A DNA stretch of 64,000 nt from an uncultured Gammaproteobacteria bacterium (lineage in GTDB: Bacteria; Patescibacteriota; Microgenomatia; Woykebacterales; RBG-16-39-9b). Positions 44,878 through 55,715 of this stretch are shown in pieces (the first letter of the stretch is position 1; each line of letters begins with the position of its first letter). A program made the position numbers and the translations under genes. The DNA is taken from NCBI GenBank assembly GCA_965231125.1, contig OZ246414.1:145739-209738 (forward strand). Reading direction: 5' to 3'. The notes below the pieces were generated by a model, which did no database searches, was not told where the DNA came from, and worked only from the letters and a program-made list of their open reading frames with translations.

Positions 44878-46350
44878 ATGAAAAATCAGGCAGCACCTGT
44901 AATCGAAAAAAATAAAAATGTACGTGGGGAGCCCGCACCACCAGTGGTAACGATTTTAGGCCATGTTGACCATGGTAAGACTACGCTACTAGATTTTATT
45001 CGCAAAAGTCATGTGGCCGAAAAGGAAGAGGGCGGAATCACCCAACACACCCGGGCTTTTAAAGTTGAGGAAGGCGGAAAGTCCATTACTTTCATTGATA
45101 CTCCTGGTCACGAGGCTTTTTCGGCAATGCGTTCCAGAGGGGCAAAAATTACGGATGTAGCCCTTTTGGTAGTCGCCGCCGATGACGCCGTCATGCCTCA
45201 GACAAAAGAGTCCATCGAGCATATAAAAGCGGCAAACGTGCCGGTGGTAGTAGCCATAAACAAGATGGATTTACCGGGCGCAAATATTGAGAAGGTCAAA
45301 AAACAGTTGGCGGACGAAGGCATTTTAGTTGAAGGTTATGGTGGCGATGTCGTGGCGGTACCTGTCTCGGCCAAGACTGGTCAGGGAGTCCCCGAGCTTT
45401 TAGAAATGATTCACCTCGTTTCCGAAATCTCCGAAGTTAAAAGGCACGGAAAAGATTTTGAGGTAGTTGTAATTGAGTCTTACTTAGATAAATTTCGAGG
45501 GCCAGTGGCGCTAATTATTGTTAAAGCGGGGCTTTTGGCAGTTGGTGACACAATTTTCGGTGAGGGAGCATCCGGAAAAATAAAATCGATTACTAGTACA
45601 AACGGCAAAAATTTAAAAGAGGCAGCTATCTCAGAACCGGTAGAAATTTTAGGTTTGGATAAAGTGCCAAGTGTTGGTGAGGCATTGAGCAAAAAGACAA
45701 AAGAAGTTTCCGCCGCAGCCACCACCAATAAATCTACATTTTCTTGGGATGAGGCCGACACGTCCGAAGTACACCTTATTCTTAAAGCCGACACCGACGG
45801 TGTTTTAGAAGCAATAACAAAATCGATTGAAACTCTAAAGCAAGAGGGTCAGGAAGTTAAATTTATCCTTAAAGAAACTGGAAATATTAACGAGAACGAC
45901 GTTTTACTAGCCGCTTCCTCAAAGTCCATTATTATTGGGTTTAATGTTGAGGTGGCGCCCTCAATAAAAAAATTAGCCGAAGAAGAAAAAGTTAGCATCC
46001 GAACTTACAAACTTATTTACGAGCTTTTAGATGAGCTGAACGAAGGTCTTACGGCCTTGGCAGAGAGTAGAATGAAAAAAGAGGTGCTCGGTAAAGCAAA
46101 AATCGTGGCCCTTTTTGACTCACCGGCCGGTAAAATTGCCGGGTGTAAGGTTACATCCGGGAGAATAAATAAGGTAGATAAGATCGCTATCTCAAGAGGA
46201 GAAAGTGTAATAGCCGAAACCCAAATTCGATCAATGAAGCACAAACTTTCGGATATTAATGAAGCGAAAGAAGAAGAAGAGTTTGGGGTTACGTTTGAAA
46301 AAAATATAAAGTTTGAGGTAGGTGATATAATCCAGGCGGTGAAAGAATAA
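44878..46350 (+). CDS. infB: Translation initiation factor IF-2 (short N-terminus)
   Basis: PPVVTILGHVDHGKTTLLD, DTPGHEAFSAMRSRGA. Confidence 0.96.
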   Translation: MKNQAAPVIEKNKNVRGEPAPPVVTILGHVDHGKTTLLDFIRKSHVAEKEEGGITQHTRAFKVEEGGKSITFIDTPGHEAFSAMRSRGAKITDVALLVVAADDAVMPQTKESIEHIKAANVPVVVAINKMDLPGANIEKVKKQLADEGILVEGYGGDVVAVPVSAKTGQGVPELLEMIHLVSEISEVKRHGKDFEVVVIESYLDKFRGPVALIIVKAGLLAVGDTIFGEGASGKIKSITSTNGKNLKEAAISEPVEILGLDKVPSVGEALSKKTKEVSAAATTNKSTFSWDEADTSEVHLILKADTDGVLEAITKSIETLKQEGQEVKFILKETGNINENDVLLAASSKSIIIGFNVEVAPSIKKLAEEEKVSIRTYKLIYELLDELNEGLTALAESRMKKEVLGKAKIVALFDSPAGKIAGCKVTSGRINKVDKIAISRGESVIAETQIRSMKHKLSDINEAKEEEEFGVTFEKNIKFEVGDIIQAVKE

Positions 46351-47165
46351 TGGAAATAAACATGCCGGCATTTCAATTTAAAGATCTTTATAGCAAAGCA
46401 AAGAAGGTGCTGATTTTAATTGGCGCGCCAGAGGCGGGTGCAGTCTATGCAGCTTTAGGGCTTGCCGATTTATTCAAATCGCAAGGATCCAGCGCGCATC
46501 TAGTTTCCGAGGTAAGATTGCCAGCTTCTTTAGGAGTTATTTCTGGTTCTGAGGAAATAAAGGACAAAATTGAGACAAAAAGCTTGATTTTTTCTTTTGA
46601 TCATCAAAAAAACCCAATTGAAAAAATTAGCTACAAAATCGAGGGCGAAAAGTTTAATTTAATAGTGAAACCAAGGAAGGGAGATTTTAATCTCGAAAGC
46701 GTCCAAACCAGTTTTACCGGTGGAGATTATAATCTAATTATAATTTTAGGTGCGGAAAGCCTTGAGAACCTGAAAGTGTATTCTTCTAACAAAGATCTTT
46801 TCGAGAGTCTGCCGACGATAGATATAGATGTAAGCTCGGCAAATACCCGCTACGGTAAGTTAAATATTTTAAACTCAGAGATTGCGAGTATTAGCGCATT
46901 GGTCGCAAAAGTTTTGGAAGATGCCAAAATTAAACTTACGGAAAAGGCAGCGACACTGTTAATTTCCGGTATACGTGAAGAGACGCAGAATTTTACTAAA
47001 GTTGGAAGCGCTGCAGTTTTTGAAGCGGCCGCCTACGCCACAAAAACGATTGAAGGTAAGATATCAGAAGCTGAAGAGGGGGGTCGTGACTCTACTAAAG
47101 AGAGTACGAGCCTACCAAAAGACTGGTTGTCCCCCAAAGTCTTCCGCAGCTCAAAAGTTTCTTGA
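46350..47165 (+). CDS. Degenerate DHH-family (NrnA-like) protein
   Basis: Position after infB; LIIILG and IDID...N.RYGKLN layout, but DxD and DHH residues absent. Confidence 0.6.
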   Translation: MEINMPAFQFKDLYSKAKKVLILIGAPEAGAVYAALGLADLFKSQGSSAHLVSEVRLPASLGVISGSEEIKDKIETKSLIFSFDHQKNPIEKISYKIEGEKFNLIVKPRKGDFNLESVQTSFTGGDYNLIIILGAESLENLKVYSSNKDLFESLPTIDIDVSSANTRYGKLNILNSEIASISALVAKVLEDAKIKLTEKAATLLISGIREETQNFTKVGSAAVFEAAAYATKTIEGKISEAEEGGRDSTKESTSLPKDWLSPKVFRSSKVS

Positions 47166-47228
47166 CTGCTCCCATTCTTGCGAACTTAAAGCTAGGTTTG
47201 ATATAATTGGTCTAAAGTTTAGATAACT

Positions 47229-47498
47229 ATGGCGTTGGAAAAAAACGAAAAGCAAAAAATTTTAAAAGAGTTTGCCCAACACGAAGGTGACACTGGTTCA
47301 CCAGAGGTTCAGGTTGCTCTTCTTACGGAAAGAATAAAACGCCTCACCGACCATCTAAAAGGTCATAAGCAAGACGTTCATTCACGCAGAGGTCTCCTGC
47401 AAATGGTTAATAAAAGGAGAAGGATTTTGATATACCTTACAAGAAAAGAGCCGGATCGCTACAAAGCCATAGTACAGAAGTTGGGATTAAGTAAATAG
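47229..47498 (+). CDS. rpsO: 30S ribosomal protein S15
   Basis: [20 protein letters not shown]. Confidence 0.98.
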   Translation: MALEKNEKQKILKEFAQHEGDTGSPEVQVALLTERIKRLTDHLKGHKQDVHSRRGLLQMVNKRRRILIYLTRKEPDRYKAIVQKLGLSK

Positions 47499-47715
47499 TC
47501 GCGAAGCGACTAGTTTATAGCCTTGCGCCCAGTAAAACTGGGCTAAAAGCTATCGTCCAAAAGTTGAGCCTAGCTAACGACTTGCACTTGTGTAGTAAAA
47601 TGAGATGTTATAATAGATTAGGTGGAGACTTAGTCAGAGATCAGCGAACCGTGACCAGAGCCTTCTGTTCCCCGTTCTCTGTTCACTGACTTAGTCCTCG
47701 TACCTCTGAAGTTTA

Positions 47716-49806
47716 ATGGATAAAGAAGATTCATCAAAAAAATATTCAAAAAAAGAAATCTCTTGGGGTGGTAGAACCCTTTCTTTGGAGACTGGTAAGC
47801 TTGCACGACAGGCCGATGCCGCTGTTGTGGCTAGATACGCAGACACGGTAGTTTTAGCAACGGTGGTATCCACACCGGCAGCTGAAGATCTTGGCTATTT
47901 CCCGTTAACGGTGGATTATGAGGAAAGACTTTACGCGGCCGGTAAAATATCTTCATCAAGGTTTATTAAAAGAGAAGGACGTCCTTCGGACGAAGCAATC
48001 CTTAACGGTAGACTTATCGACCGCTCAATTAGGCCTCTTTTTCCAAAGGACTACTTTAATCAAGTTCAAGTAATTATCACAATCCTTTCTTACGATCAGG
48101 AAAACGATCCGGATCTACCAGCGCTTTTAGCGACCTCAGCCGCTTTGTCGATCTCACCAGTACCTTGGGGCGGCCCGGTTGCTTTTGCCAAAGTTGGTTT
48201 TAGAGACGGCAGCTACCTTCTAAATCCCACCAAGACCGATCAGGTGACGAGTGATCTAGATTTGGCAGTTAGTTTTAACAAAGACAAAGTTTTAATGATT
48301 GAGACGGCCGCCAAAGAAGTTAGTGAAGAGACAGCCCTTTCAGGAATAAATTTTGCTAGAGACCAAGTTAAAGAAATCTTCAAGTTGCTGGAGGAGTTCA
48401 CCAAAGAAAACGCCCGAGAAAAAGAAGTCTACGAAGTTGAAGAGGTTGAGGCGGAGACAAAAAAGAAGTTGGTAGCGCACGTGAAAGAAAATTTCAAGGA
48501 AAAACTTTTTAGCCCAGAAAGAGCCGCGCGCGAAAGTGCCGCCGAGGAGTTTAAGGAGGAGCTGTACAAAGAATTTGAGGGGAAACTTTCAAAAACGGAA
48601 ATGAACGAGATATTCGACCAGACCGTTAAGAAAATGGTTCGGGAGGCGATTGTCGACGAAGGTAAAAGACCAGATGGTCGGTCTCTTGATCAGGTTAGGG
48701 AAATAGAAATTGAGGTTGGTCTCTTGCCGCGGGCTCATGGTTCGGCTGTATTTCGAAGGGGCGACACTCAAGTTTTAACGGTTGCAACTCTTGGTTCTAC
48801 CTCGTTAGAGCAATTGATTGAGGGAATGGAAGGGCCAGGAACTAAAAGGTTTATGCATCACTACACCTTCCCACCATTTTCAACCGGAGAGGTAAGAAGG
48901 ATGGGTTCTCCAGGAAGACGTGAGATTGGTCACGGGGCTTTGGCTGAGAAAGCGATTGGTCCAGTTGTTCCTCCAGATGACAAATTTCCTTACACGGTAA
49001 GACTTGTTTCCGAAGTCCTTTCCTCATCTGGTTCGACATCAATGGGGGCCACTTGTGGGTCGACCCTGGCACTTATGGATGCCGGAGTTCCTATTGCCGC
49101 GCCGGTTTCCGGTATAGCCATGGGGTTGGTAACCGAAGGAGAAAAATACAAAATACTTACGGATATTCAGGCTTTGGAGGATTTTTACGGGGACATGGAC
49201 TTTAAAATTGCGGGTACTGAAAAAGGAATAACGGCTATTCAGCTCGATGTAAAAATTGATGGTCTGGCGGAAAAAATTATTAAAGAAACTTTAGAGCAGG
49301 CAAAGGCGGGCCGGAAATTCATTTTGGATAAAATGCTCTCCTCTTTACCTAAACCTCGCGCCGAGCTTTCAAAATACGCACCTAGAATTACGGTTATAAA
49401 TATCCCGCCGAACAAAATTGGCGAGGTGATTGGTTCTGGCGGCAAAACAATAAACAAAATAATTGAGGAGACCGGTGTGGCGATCGATATCGAAGACGAC
49501 GGCAAGGTGATGATTTCCAGTGACGATCCAGAAGGTGCCCAAAAAGCAGTGGATTGGGTAAAAGGTTTAACTCGTGAGGTTAAACCGGGCGAAGTCTACG
49601 ATGGTGTAGTTAAAAGAGTAGTAGCTTTTGGGGCTTTTGTAGAGATTTTGCCGGGTAAAGAAGGATTAGTTCACATCTCGCAACTTGCGCCTTACAGAGT
49701 GGAAGATATTAATAAAGAAGTTGAAGTTGGTCAGAAATTTAAGGTAAAAGTTTCGGAGGTAGATTCGCAAGGGCGAATTAATCTAACCCGCAAGTCCGTT
49801 GATTAG
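47716..49806 (+). CDS. pnp: Polyribonucleotide nucleotidyltransferase
   Basis: RLIDRSIRPLFP, RREIGHG, GDMDFKIAGT, KH and S1 domains. Confidence 0.98.
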   Translation: MDKEDSSKKYSKKEISWGGRTLSLETGKLARQADAAVVARYADTVVLATVVSTPAAEDLGYFPLTVDYEERLYAAGKISSSRFIKREGRPSDEAILNGRLIDRSIRPLFPKDYFNQVQVIITILSYDQENDPDLPALLATSAALSISPVPWGGPVAFAKVGFRDGSYLLNPTKTDQVTSDLDLAVSFNKDKVLMIETAAKEVSEETALSGINFARDQVKEIFKLLEEFTKENAREKEVYEVEEVEAETKKKLVAHVKENFKEKLFSPERAARESAAEEFKEELYKEFEGKLSKTEMNEIFDQTVKKMVREAIVDEGKRPDGRSLDQVREIEIEVGLLPRAHGSAVFRRGDTQVLTVATLGSTSLEQLIEGMEGPGTKRFMHHYTFPPFSTGEVRRMGSPGRREIGHGALAEKAIGPVVPPDDKFPYTVRLVSEVLSSSGSTSMGATCGSTLALMDAGVPIAAPVSGIAMGLVTEGEKYKILTDIQALEDFYGDMDFKIAGTEKGITAIQLDVKIDGLAEKIIKETLEQAKAGRKFILDKMLSSLPKPRAELSKYAPRITVINIPPNKIGEVIGSGGKTINKIIEETGVAIDIEDDGKVMISSDDPEGAQKAVDWVKGLTREVKPGEVYDGVVKRVVAFGAFVEILPGKEGLVHISQLAPYRVEDINKEVEVGQKFKVKVSEVDSQGRINLTRKSVD

Positions 49807-49824
49807 CACAGGCAAGTTCCTTTC

Positions 49825-50448
49825 ATGGATAAAAGACAGCTTCTTGTTCAACTTGAAAAGAAGATTCAAGAATGCAAAAGGTGCGATCTTTGGAAAAATA
49901 CAACTCATGCGGTTCCTGGTGAGGGCGCTGGAGACGCAAAAGTATTTTTCATTGGGGAAGGGCCAGGGTTTCACGAAGACAGATTAGGAAGGCCGTTTGT
50001 TGGACAAGCGGGCAAGCTTCTAGATAAACTTATGGGGGAAATTGGGGTTAGCCGCAAAGAAGTCTTTATTGGCAACGTGGTAAAGCACCGACCGCCGGAA
50101 AATCGGGACCCCCTTCCTTCTGAAATTGCTGCTTGTAAATATTGGTTGGACCAGCAGCTTGAAATAATCAATCCAAGGATAGTAGTCACGTTAGGGAGGT
50201 ATTCTTTAGCAAAATTTTTGCCCAACGCAAAAATTTCTCAAGTGCACGGCACACCAGTAAAGGTTAAAAATTTAGTTGTCTTGCCAATGTACCACCCCGC
50301 TGCCGCCTTGCGCAGTCGAGATATTTTAGACAGTTTAAGAGGGGACTTTAAGAAGAATGCACCCCTTGTTAAAAATCCGGATGATTTATCTAACGTTGAA
50401 GAGTTGAAGGACACTTCAGGAGATCCAAATCAAATGAGTCTTATATGA
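49825..50448 (+). CDS. Uracil-DNA glycosylase family 4
   Basis: C..C, IGEGPG..ED..GRPFVG.AG, RPPENRDP, YHPAAAL. Confidence 0.95.
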   Translation: MDKRQLLVQLEKKIQECKRCDLWKNTTHAVPGEGAGDAKVFFIGEGPGFHEDRLGRPFVGQAGKLLDKLMGEIGVSRKEVFIGNVVKHRPPENRDPLPSEIAACKYWLDQQLEIINPRIVVTLGRYSLAKFLPNAKISQVHGTPVKVKNLVVLPMYHPAAALRSRDILDSLRGDFKKNAPLVKNPDDLSNVEELKDTSGDPNQMSLI

Positions 50449-52130
50449 ACGAAAAAATTAAATTTGAAGGTGACGCTAAATCTAAAAAACTTCGCTTCAT
50501 TCCTTTGGGTGGCAACGGCCAGGTCACAAAAAATATGTTTCTTTACGAATACGGCGATGATATTGTCATCGTTGATTGCGGCATGGGTTTTCCTTCTGAA
50601 ATTATGTACGGTGTGGACATGGTTATCCCCGACATCTCCTATCTAAAGGGAAAAGAGCATAAAATCCGGGCAATATTCATAACCCACGGCCATGAAGATC
50701 ATATCGGCGCTCTTCCCTACCTTATCGATCGCCTTTCGGCTCCAATTTACGCAACAAAACTGACAATCGGTTTGATAAAAGTTAGATTAAAAGAACAGAA
50801 CAAATTAAATTTTGCCAAGTTTACTCAAGTTGAGCCTCGTAAGCATTACCAAGTTGGAGCGTTTAATATTGAACCTTTTCAGGTAAGCCATTCAATACCA
50901 GATTCTGTAGGCTACGCAATTAACACACCAGTCGGCACTTTTATTCACACCGGCGATTATAAGTTTGACTGGACCCCAGTCGATGGAAAAACAACTGATG
51001 TGGATTGTCTTACTGGCTACGGAGAGAAGGGGGTTCTCGCTCTCATGAGTGATTGTTTACGCAGTGAAAAACCAGGTAACACTTTATCTGAAGCGGCCAT
51101 CCAACAGCGCTTTGAGGACGTTATGAAAAAAGCTACCGGTAGAGTTTTAATTACCACTTTCTCGTCCAATATATCGAGAGTCCAACAAGCAGTTAACGCC
51201 TCGTTAAAATACGGAAGAAGGGTAGCCATTGTCGGCCGTTCCATGAACCAAAACGCTCAAACAGCAACGGAGCTTGGGTACTTAAATGTGCCGAAAGATA
51301 TTTTGGTGGATGTGGAAAAAATCGATAAAATTCCTGATAAAAACCTGACGATTGTTGTCGCGGGAAGTCAGGGACAGCCAGGTAGTGCCTTGGCTCGTAT
51401 TGCTAATGCCGATCACCAGTGGATTTATATAAAGTCTGGAGACGAGATAATTTTTTCAGCCGACCCGATTCCGGGAAATCAAGACGCCGTGTACGAAATG
51501 ATTGATAATCTTTCGCGGCTTGGTGCAAATGTTTACTACTCAGATATAACGAGTGACTTTCACGTTTCCGGTCACGGAGCTCAAGCGGAGCTTCTTCTAA
51601 TGCTTTCGTTAACCAAGCCCAAATATGTTGTGCCGATCTCGGCGATGCACCGCCAGATGAGGCAGTACGCGGTACTGGCACAGCAAGCCGGCACGCCAGC
51701 CCAAAATATTTTAATTATCGATGAAGGCGGTGTGATTGAGTTTAGCCAGGATAGTGCGCGCTTGGTTGGACAAGTGGATACCACGAATGTCTTCGTTGAC
51801 GGTATTGGTGTCGGCGATGTTGGATCCATTGTTCTTCGCGACCGAAAAGTTTTGGCTGAAGAAGGAATTGTGATGGTGGTTGTGACGGTCGATAAATCAA
51901 AAAATAAGCTGGTTGGTGAGCCCGACATAATAAGTCGTGGATTTGTTTATATGAAAGAGAGTGGAGGCTTAATAAGGGAAGCCCAAAGTATAGTTAAAAA
52001 ATCTCTAGGTGATGGGAGAGTTAAAAACTGGCTCGCGGTCCGCGAGAAGATAACTTCGGATTTAGAAAGATTCCTCTACAAAAAAACCGCCCGCCGTCCC
52101 ATGGTGCTCCCCGTGATTGTTGGGGTTTAA
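50445..52130 (+). CDS. rnj: Ribonuclease J
   Basis: THGHEDHIG, HSIPD, HVSGH, RRPMVLP. Confidence 0.97.
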   Translation: MNEKIKFEGDAKSKKLRFIPLGGNGQVTKNMFLYEYGDDIVIVDCGMGFPSEIMYGVDMVIPDISYLKGKEHKIRAIFITHGHEDHIGALPYLIDRLSAPIYATKLTIGLIKVRLKEQNKLNFAKFTQVEPRKHYQVGAFNIEPFQVSHSIPDSVGYAINTPVGTFIHTGDYKFDWTPVDGKTTDVDCLTGYGEKGVLALMSDCLRSEKPGNTLSEAAIQQRFEDVMKKATGRVLITTFSSNISRVQQAVNASLKYGRRVAIVGRSMNQNAQTATELGYLNVPKDILVDVEKIDKIPDKNLTIVVAGSQGQPGSALARIANADHQWIYIKSGDEIIFSADPIPGNQDAVYEMIDNLSRLGANVYYSDITSDFHVSGHGAQAELLLMLSLTKPKYVVPISAMHRQMRQYAVLAQQAGTPAQNILIIDEGGVIEFSQDSARLVGQVDTTNVFVDGIGVGDVGSIVLRDRKVLAEEGIVMVVVTVDKSKNKLVGEPDIISRGFVYMKESGGLIREAQSIVKKSLGDGRVKNWLAVREKITSDLERFLYKKTARRPMVLPVIVGV

Positions 52131-52172
52131 CAAGTTTTTGCTACCTTTGGCCGCAAAGGTAGCGCCAAACTC

Positions 52173-52319
52173 ACGCGCGTGATCCTCCAGCTACCCCGAA
52201 CCGAGCTGCTGCGTTAAAATTCTAAACTCCTCAAGTAAACTTTCGTCAAACAAGTAGAATTTTACCTTACGGCCCACTTGCATCTGGTTCGGGGTTTAAC
52301 GCTGACTAATCAAGCGCGC
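52173..52319. ncRNA. Candidate long-hairpin ncRNA (6S- or SRP-like)
   Basis: Nested pairings CGCGC/GCGCG, ACCCCGAACC/GGTTCGGGGT, TAAAATTCTA/TAGAATTTTA with internal bubbles. Confidence 0.45.
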
Positions 52320-52353
52320 AAATTTAGTAAAATCAATTTAAGATAGGTAAAAC

Positions 52354-52440
52354 CCCTAGCTAGGCATTAAGATGCCTAGCGCAGGTTAATAATATCCCCT
52401 AGTTCAAGATAATATCCCTTGGGATATTCTTGAACGCAAG
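52354..52440 (+). repeat. Tandem pair of YTAG-hairpin-CGCARG repeats
   Basis: CTAG-ctaggcat taag atgcctag-CGCAGG and CTAG-ttcaag...cttgaa-CGCAAG. Confidence 0.7.
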
Positions 52441-52586
52441 ACACGCAGTAGCTGATCTTCGGAGAAGGTATCAGATACTAGTGGCTTATAGTGTTGACAT
52501 CTCCGCGAAATTATGTTATGGTCTAAGACCACTCTTGGTTGAATACTAAGGTGGTTTGTGGGAAAATCGGAAGGAGAGGAAATTTA

Positions 52587-54665
52587 ATGCGTTATAGGAG
52601 AAGAAAAGTTACGGGTGGAGGCTTTCGCCTTCGTCTCAAGCAAAAAACTGTTCGAACTATTGCCGGCCTGCTCTTGATTTTAGCGGCAGGACTTTCGTTT
52701 CTCTCCTTTTTTGGCCAAGTTGGGGCTGCCGAAAGGCTGAAGGGTCTTCTTTTCGATACTTTTGGTTGGTCTGCCTACTTTGTACCAGTTGGTTTATTAC
52801 TGACCGGGTTTTTCCTAATTAAACTGCGCGCAAAACTTATTGCCGCTAACACCATCTTTGGTTTTTGGGCTTTTGCTACCAGCATTCTTCCTTTTTCCGC
52901 TTCCTTCAATCGAGACTCAGCAGGGTTAGTGGGTAGAAAAGTCTGGGATTTTGCTTCTGCCATTCTTTCGGGGCCAGGAGCCTTTTTCGTTCTTTTTATT
53001 TTGTCTATAGTCGCCGTGGTAGTGTTATTTAACACGTCTTTAGAAGGCTTAATTGAATTCATTGGCAAGGTTGGGGAAGTTGTCGGAGAATGGTCGAAGA
53101 AGTTTTTTGAGAGAACCGAAAAGGAGGCGCAGGGGCAAAGGCAAGTAGAATTTGCGACTCGGGGCGGTGAAGAACTCGAAAAGGCAGAACAGTCGCTTTC
53201 AACAGCAGTTGTTTCCAATTTACCCGGCAGTGACCAAGTTTGGGAGTACCCGTCACTTGATATTCTGACCGAAACTATCGGTGCCAAGGCAGAACGCGGA
53301 GATATCAAACAAAATGCGGCTCTTATTGAGAAGACTTTAGAAAGCTTTGGAATTAACGCCAAGGTGTCCGAAGTAAATATGGGTCCAGCAGTTACGCAGT
53401 ACGCTTTAGAAATTGCCGTTGGAACCCGTCTTACTAAAATTACCTCACTTGCTAATGACATTGCGCTGGCGCTAGCGGCTCCGACCGGAACCGTTAGAAT
53501 TGAGGCACCAATTCCTGGCAAATCTCTGGTCGGTATTGAAGTGCCGAATATTAAGCCGGAGATTGTACCACTACGGACTGTGCTCACATCTCCAGTTATG
53601 CAGAAAGCAAAATCAAAAATTAGTCTTGCTTTAGGGCTAAATGTATCAGGCGAACCAGTAGTGGATAATGTTGGTAGGATGCCGCACATGCTTATGGCGG
53701 GTGCGACAGGGTCGGGTAAATCGGTCGCAATCAACGCTTTTATCAGCACGTTGCTTTTTCGAACAACTCCGGCCGAAGTCAAGCTTATTCTGGTCGACCC
53801 AAAAATAGTTGAGCTTTCCCAATGGAATGGAATCCCCCACCTTCTTACCCCAGTTATAACCGAGCCGGAAAAAGTTGTTTCGGCTCTGCGTTGGGCCGGT
53901 GGTGAAATGGAAAGACGCTACAAACTTTTTGCTGAAGTCAATGCCCGGAATATAGATCAATATAACGATCTTTCCGGATTTCAAGCCCTACCTTACATTG
54001 TAATTATTATCGACGAACTGGCCGACATTATGCTTTTTGCCCCAGTCGAAGTTGAGGACGCTATTACTCGGCTTGCCCAAATGTCTCGGGCGACTGGTAT
54101 TCACATGATTTTGGCAACGCAACGGCCAAGTGTGGATGTCATAACCGGTTTGATAAAAGCGAACATTCCTTGTCGGCTCTCTTTTAATGTCGCTGGTCAA
54201 GTGGATTCTCGAGTTATTATCGATCAAGTTGGTGCCGAAAAACTTTTGGGTAGAGGAGATATGCTTTATGTCCCTCCGGACGCCTCAAAACCGCAGAGAA
54301 TTCAGGGTGTTTATGTTTCTGAACCAGAAATTAATAAGCTAATCGATTTCCTGAAAAGATCAGGGGTTGAGCCGCAATACACCGAAGAAGTTACCAGCAT
54401 GCCGATTCCAAAAGTTGCCGGTAGATCCGGAGATGGGGAGACCGACGATCTTTTTGAAGAAGCAGTCAAGGTTGTTTGCCAGTACGATCGTGCCAGTGCC
54501 TCCCTTTTGCAAAGAAGGTTGCGTGTCGGCTACGCCCGGGCCGCCCGGCTTTTGGACGAACTTGAGGCAGCCGGAGTAGTCGGAATTGCCGATGGTTCTA
54601 AAGCCCGCGATGTGTTAGTTAAAGATCCTGCCCGAGTGTTATCACCCCAACAGGGTGACCAGTAG
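52587..54665 (+). CDS. ftsK: DNA translocase FtsK/SpoIIIE
   Basis: N-terminal TMs, GATGSGKS, LATQRPSVDV, SLLQRRLRVGYARAARL gamma domain. Confidence 0.97.
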   Translation: MRYRRRKVTGGGFRLRLKQKTVRTIAGLLLILAAGLSFLSFFGQVGAAERLKGLLFDTFGWSAYFVPVGLLLTGFFLIKLRAKLIAANTIFGFWAFATSILPFSASFNRDSAGLVGRKVWDFASAILSGPGAFFVLFILSIVAVVVLFNTSLEGLIEFIGKVGEVVGEWSKKFFERTEKEAQGQRQVEFATRGGEELEKAEQSLSTAVVSNLPGSDQVWEYPSLDILTETIGAKAERGDIKQNAALIEKTLESFGINAKVSEVNMGPAVTQYALEIAVGTRLTKITSLANDIALALAAPTGTVRIEAPIPGKSLVGIEVPNIKPEIVPLRTVLTSPVMQKAKSKISLALGLNVSGEPVVDNVGRMPHMLMAGATGSGKSVAINAFISTLLFRTTPAEVKLILVDPKIVELSQWNGIPHLLTPVITEPEKVVSALRWAGGEMERRYKLFAEVNARNIDQYNDLSGFQALPYIVIIIDELADIMLFAPVEVEDAITRLAQMSRATGIHMILATQRPSVDVITGLIKANIPCRLSFNVAGQVDSRVIIDQVGAEKLLGRGDMLYVPPDASKPQRIQGVYVSEPEINKLIDFLKRSGVEPQYTEEVTSMPIPKVAGRSGDGETDDLFEEAVKVVCQYDRASASLLQRRLRVGYARAARLLDELEAAGVVGIADGSKARDVLVKDPARVLSPQQGDQ

Positions 54666-54719
54666 TAAAAAGTGTTCACAGACAAGAGCTGGTTGCAGCG
54701 TTAAAATCTTCACCCGAAA

Positions 54720-55622
54720 ATGAAAACAGTTGGGCAGATCTTGAAAGACGCAAGAGAAAAAAAGGACGTAAGCCTTGAGGAAGCCGAGGCGGCTACTAAA
54801 ATCCGCAAAAAAATCCTTTCTCGGCTTGAGGAAAGTGACTGGTCCAACCTTCCTTCAACTACTTATGTAAAAGGTCTTCTAAAAAACTACGGCTCTTTCT
54901 TAGAGCTTGATATAAAGGCGCTGCTTGCTTTTTACCGCCGCGAGTATGAAGAACCAAAAATTTCAAAGACGCACCTGTCATATAAAATAGAAAAACCGGC
55001 TCTTAGGCTTACCCCTCAGTTCATTACCGTAGCCGTTCTATTACTGGGGTTTTTAGCAGCCGGCTTTTACCTTTTTTACCAATATCATTCCTTTACCGCC
55101 GCTCCTTTACTGGAAGTGAACCAACCGGCGGATAACACAAAGGTAGAGACTTTGGATGTGAATGTTGTGGGCAAGACGTATCCAGACGCAACGCTTAAAA
55201 TTAACGGTCAGCAAGTCCAGCTTTCTCCTGGTGGGACGTTTTCAGTAGCAGTCAGCTTAGCCCCCGGAATTAACACAATTGACATCACGGCGGAGAATCG
55301 CTTTGGGAAAATCTCAACCGCGCAGCGTACGGTGGTTGCCGAGACTAAAAGCGCGGCAGTGGTAACTCAACCCGGCAAAGAAAATGTTAATTTGACTGTC
55401 AGAATCGGGCCTGGGTCGGCAAATATTCGCGTTGAGCTAGATGGTAAGGAAACATTTGAAGGGGTTTTAGTTCCAGGGAGTACTAAAATATTTTCCGCAA
55501 GGGGCCGTGTAAAGATTCTCACCTCCAACGCCGGTTCTACAAAAGTTAGTGTGAACAATGGCCAGGAACAGGTTCTGGGAAAAGAAGGCGAAACTATAGA
55601 GCGTGAGTTTAAAAAGCCCTAG
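54720..55622 (+). CDS. RodZ-like HTH membrane protein with Ig-like and DUF4115-like domains
   Basis: TVGQILKDARE HTH, YVKGLLKNY, TM; follows ftsK. Confidence 0.8.
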   Translation: MKTVGQILKDAREKKDVSLEEAEAATKIRKKILSRLEESDWSNLPSTTYVKGLLKNYGSFLELDIKALLAFYRREYEEPKISKTHLSYKIEKPALRLTPQFITVAVLLLGFLAAGFYLFYQYHSFTAAPLLEVNQPADNTKVETLDVNVVGKTYPDATLKINGQQVQLSPGGTFSVAVSLAPGINTIDITAENRFGKISTAQRTVVAETKSAAVVTQPGKENVNLTVRIGPGSANIRVELDGKETFEGVLVPGSTKIFSARGRVKILTSNAGSTKVSVNNGQEQVLGKEGETIEREFKKP

Positions 55623-55715
55623 AAACATGCTTGTAACGCAAGTCAAGTTATGGTATTCTTGCTCTACTTTTAGACAAGTACTGCCCTTCAGGTTTAAGCC
55701 TCGGGGCCGCGCGAT

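Noticed and set aside
54686-54710. Short similarity to 52203-52222 (GAGCTG...GCGTTAAAAT)
   Set aside because: Too short and gapped; may just reflect a TAAAAT -10 box
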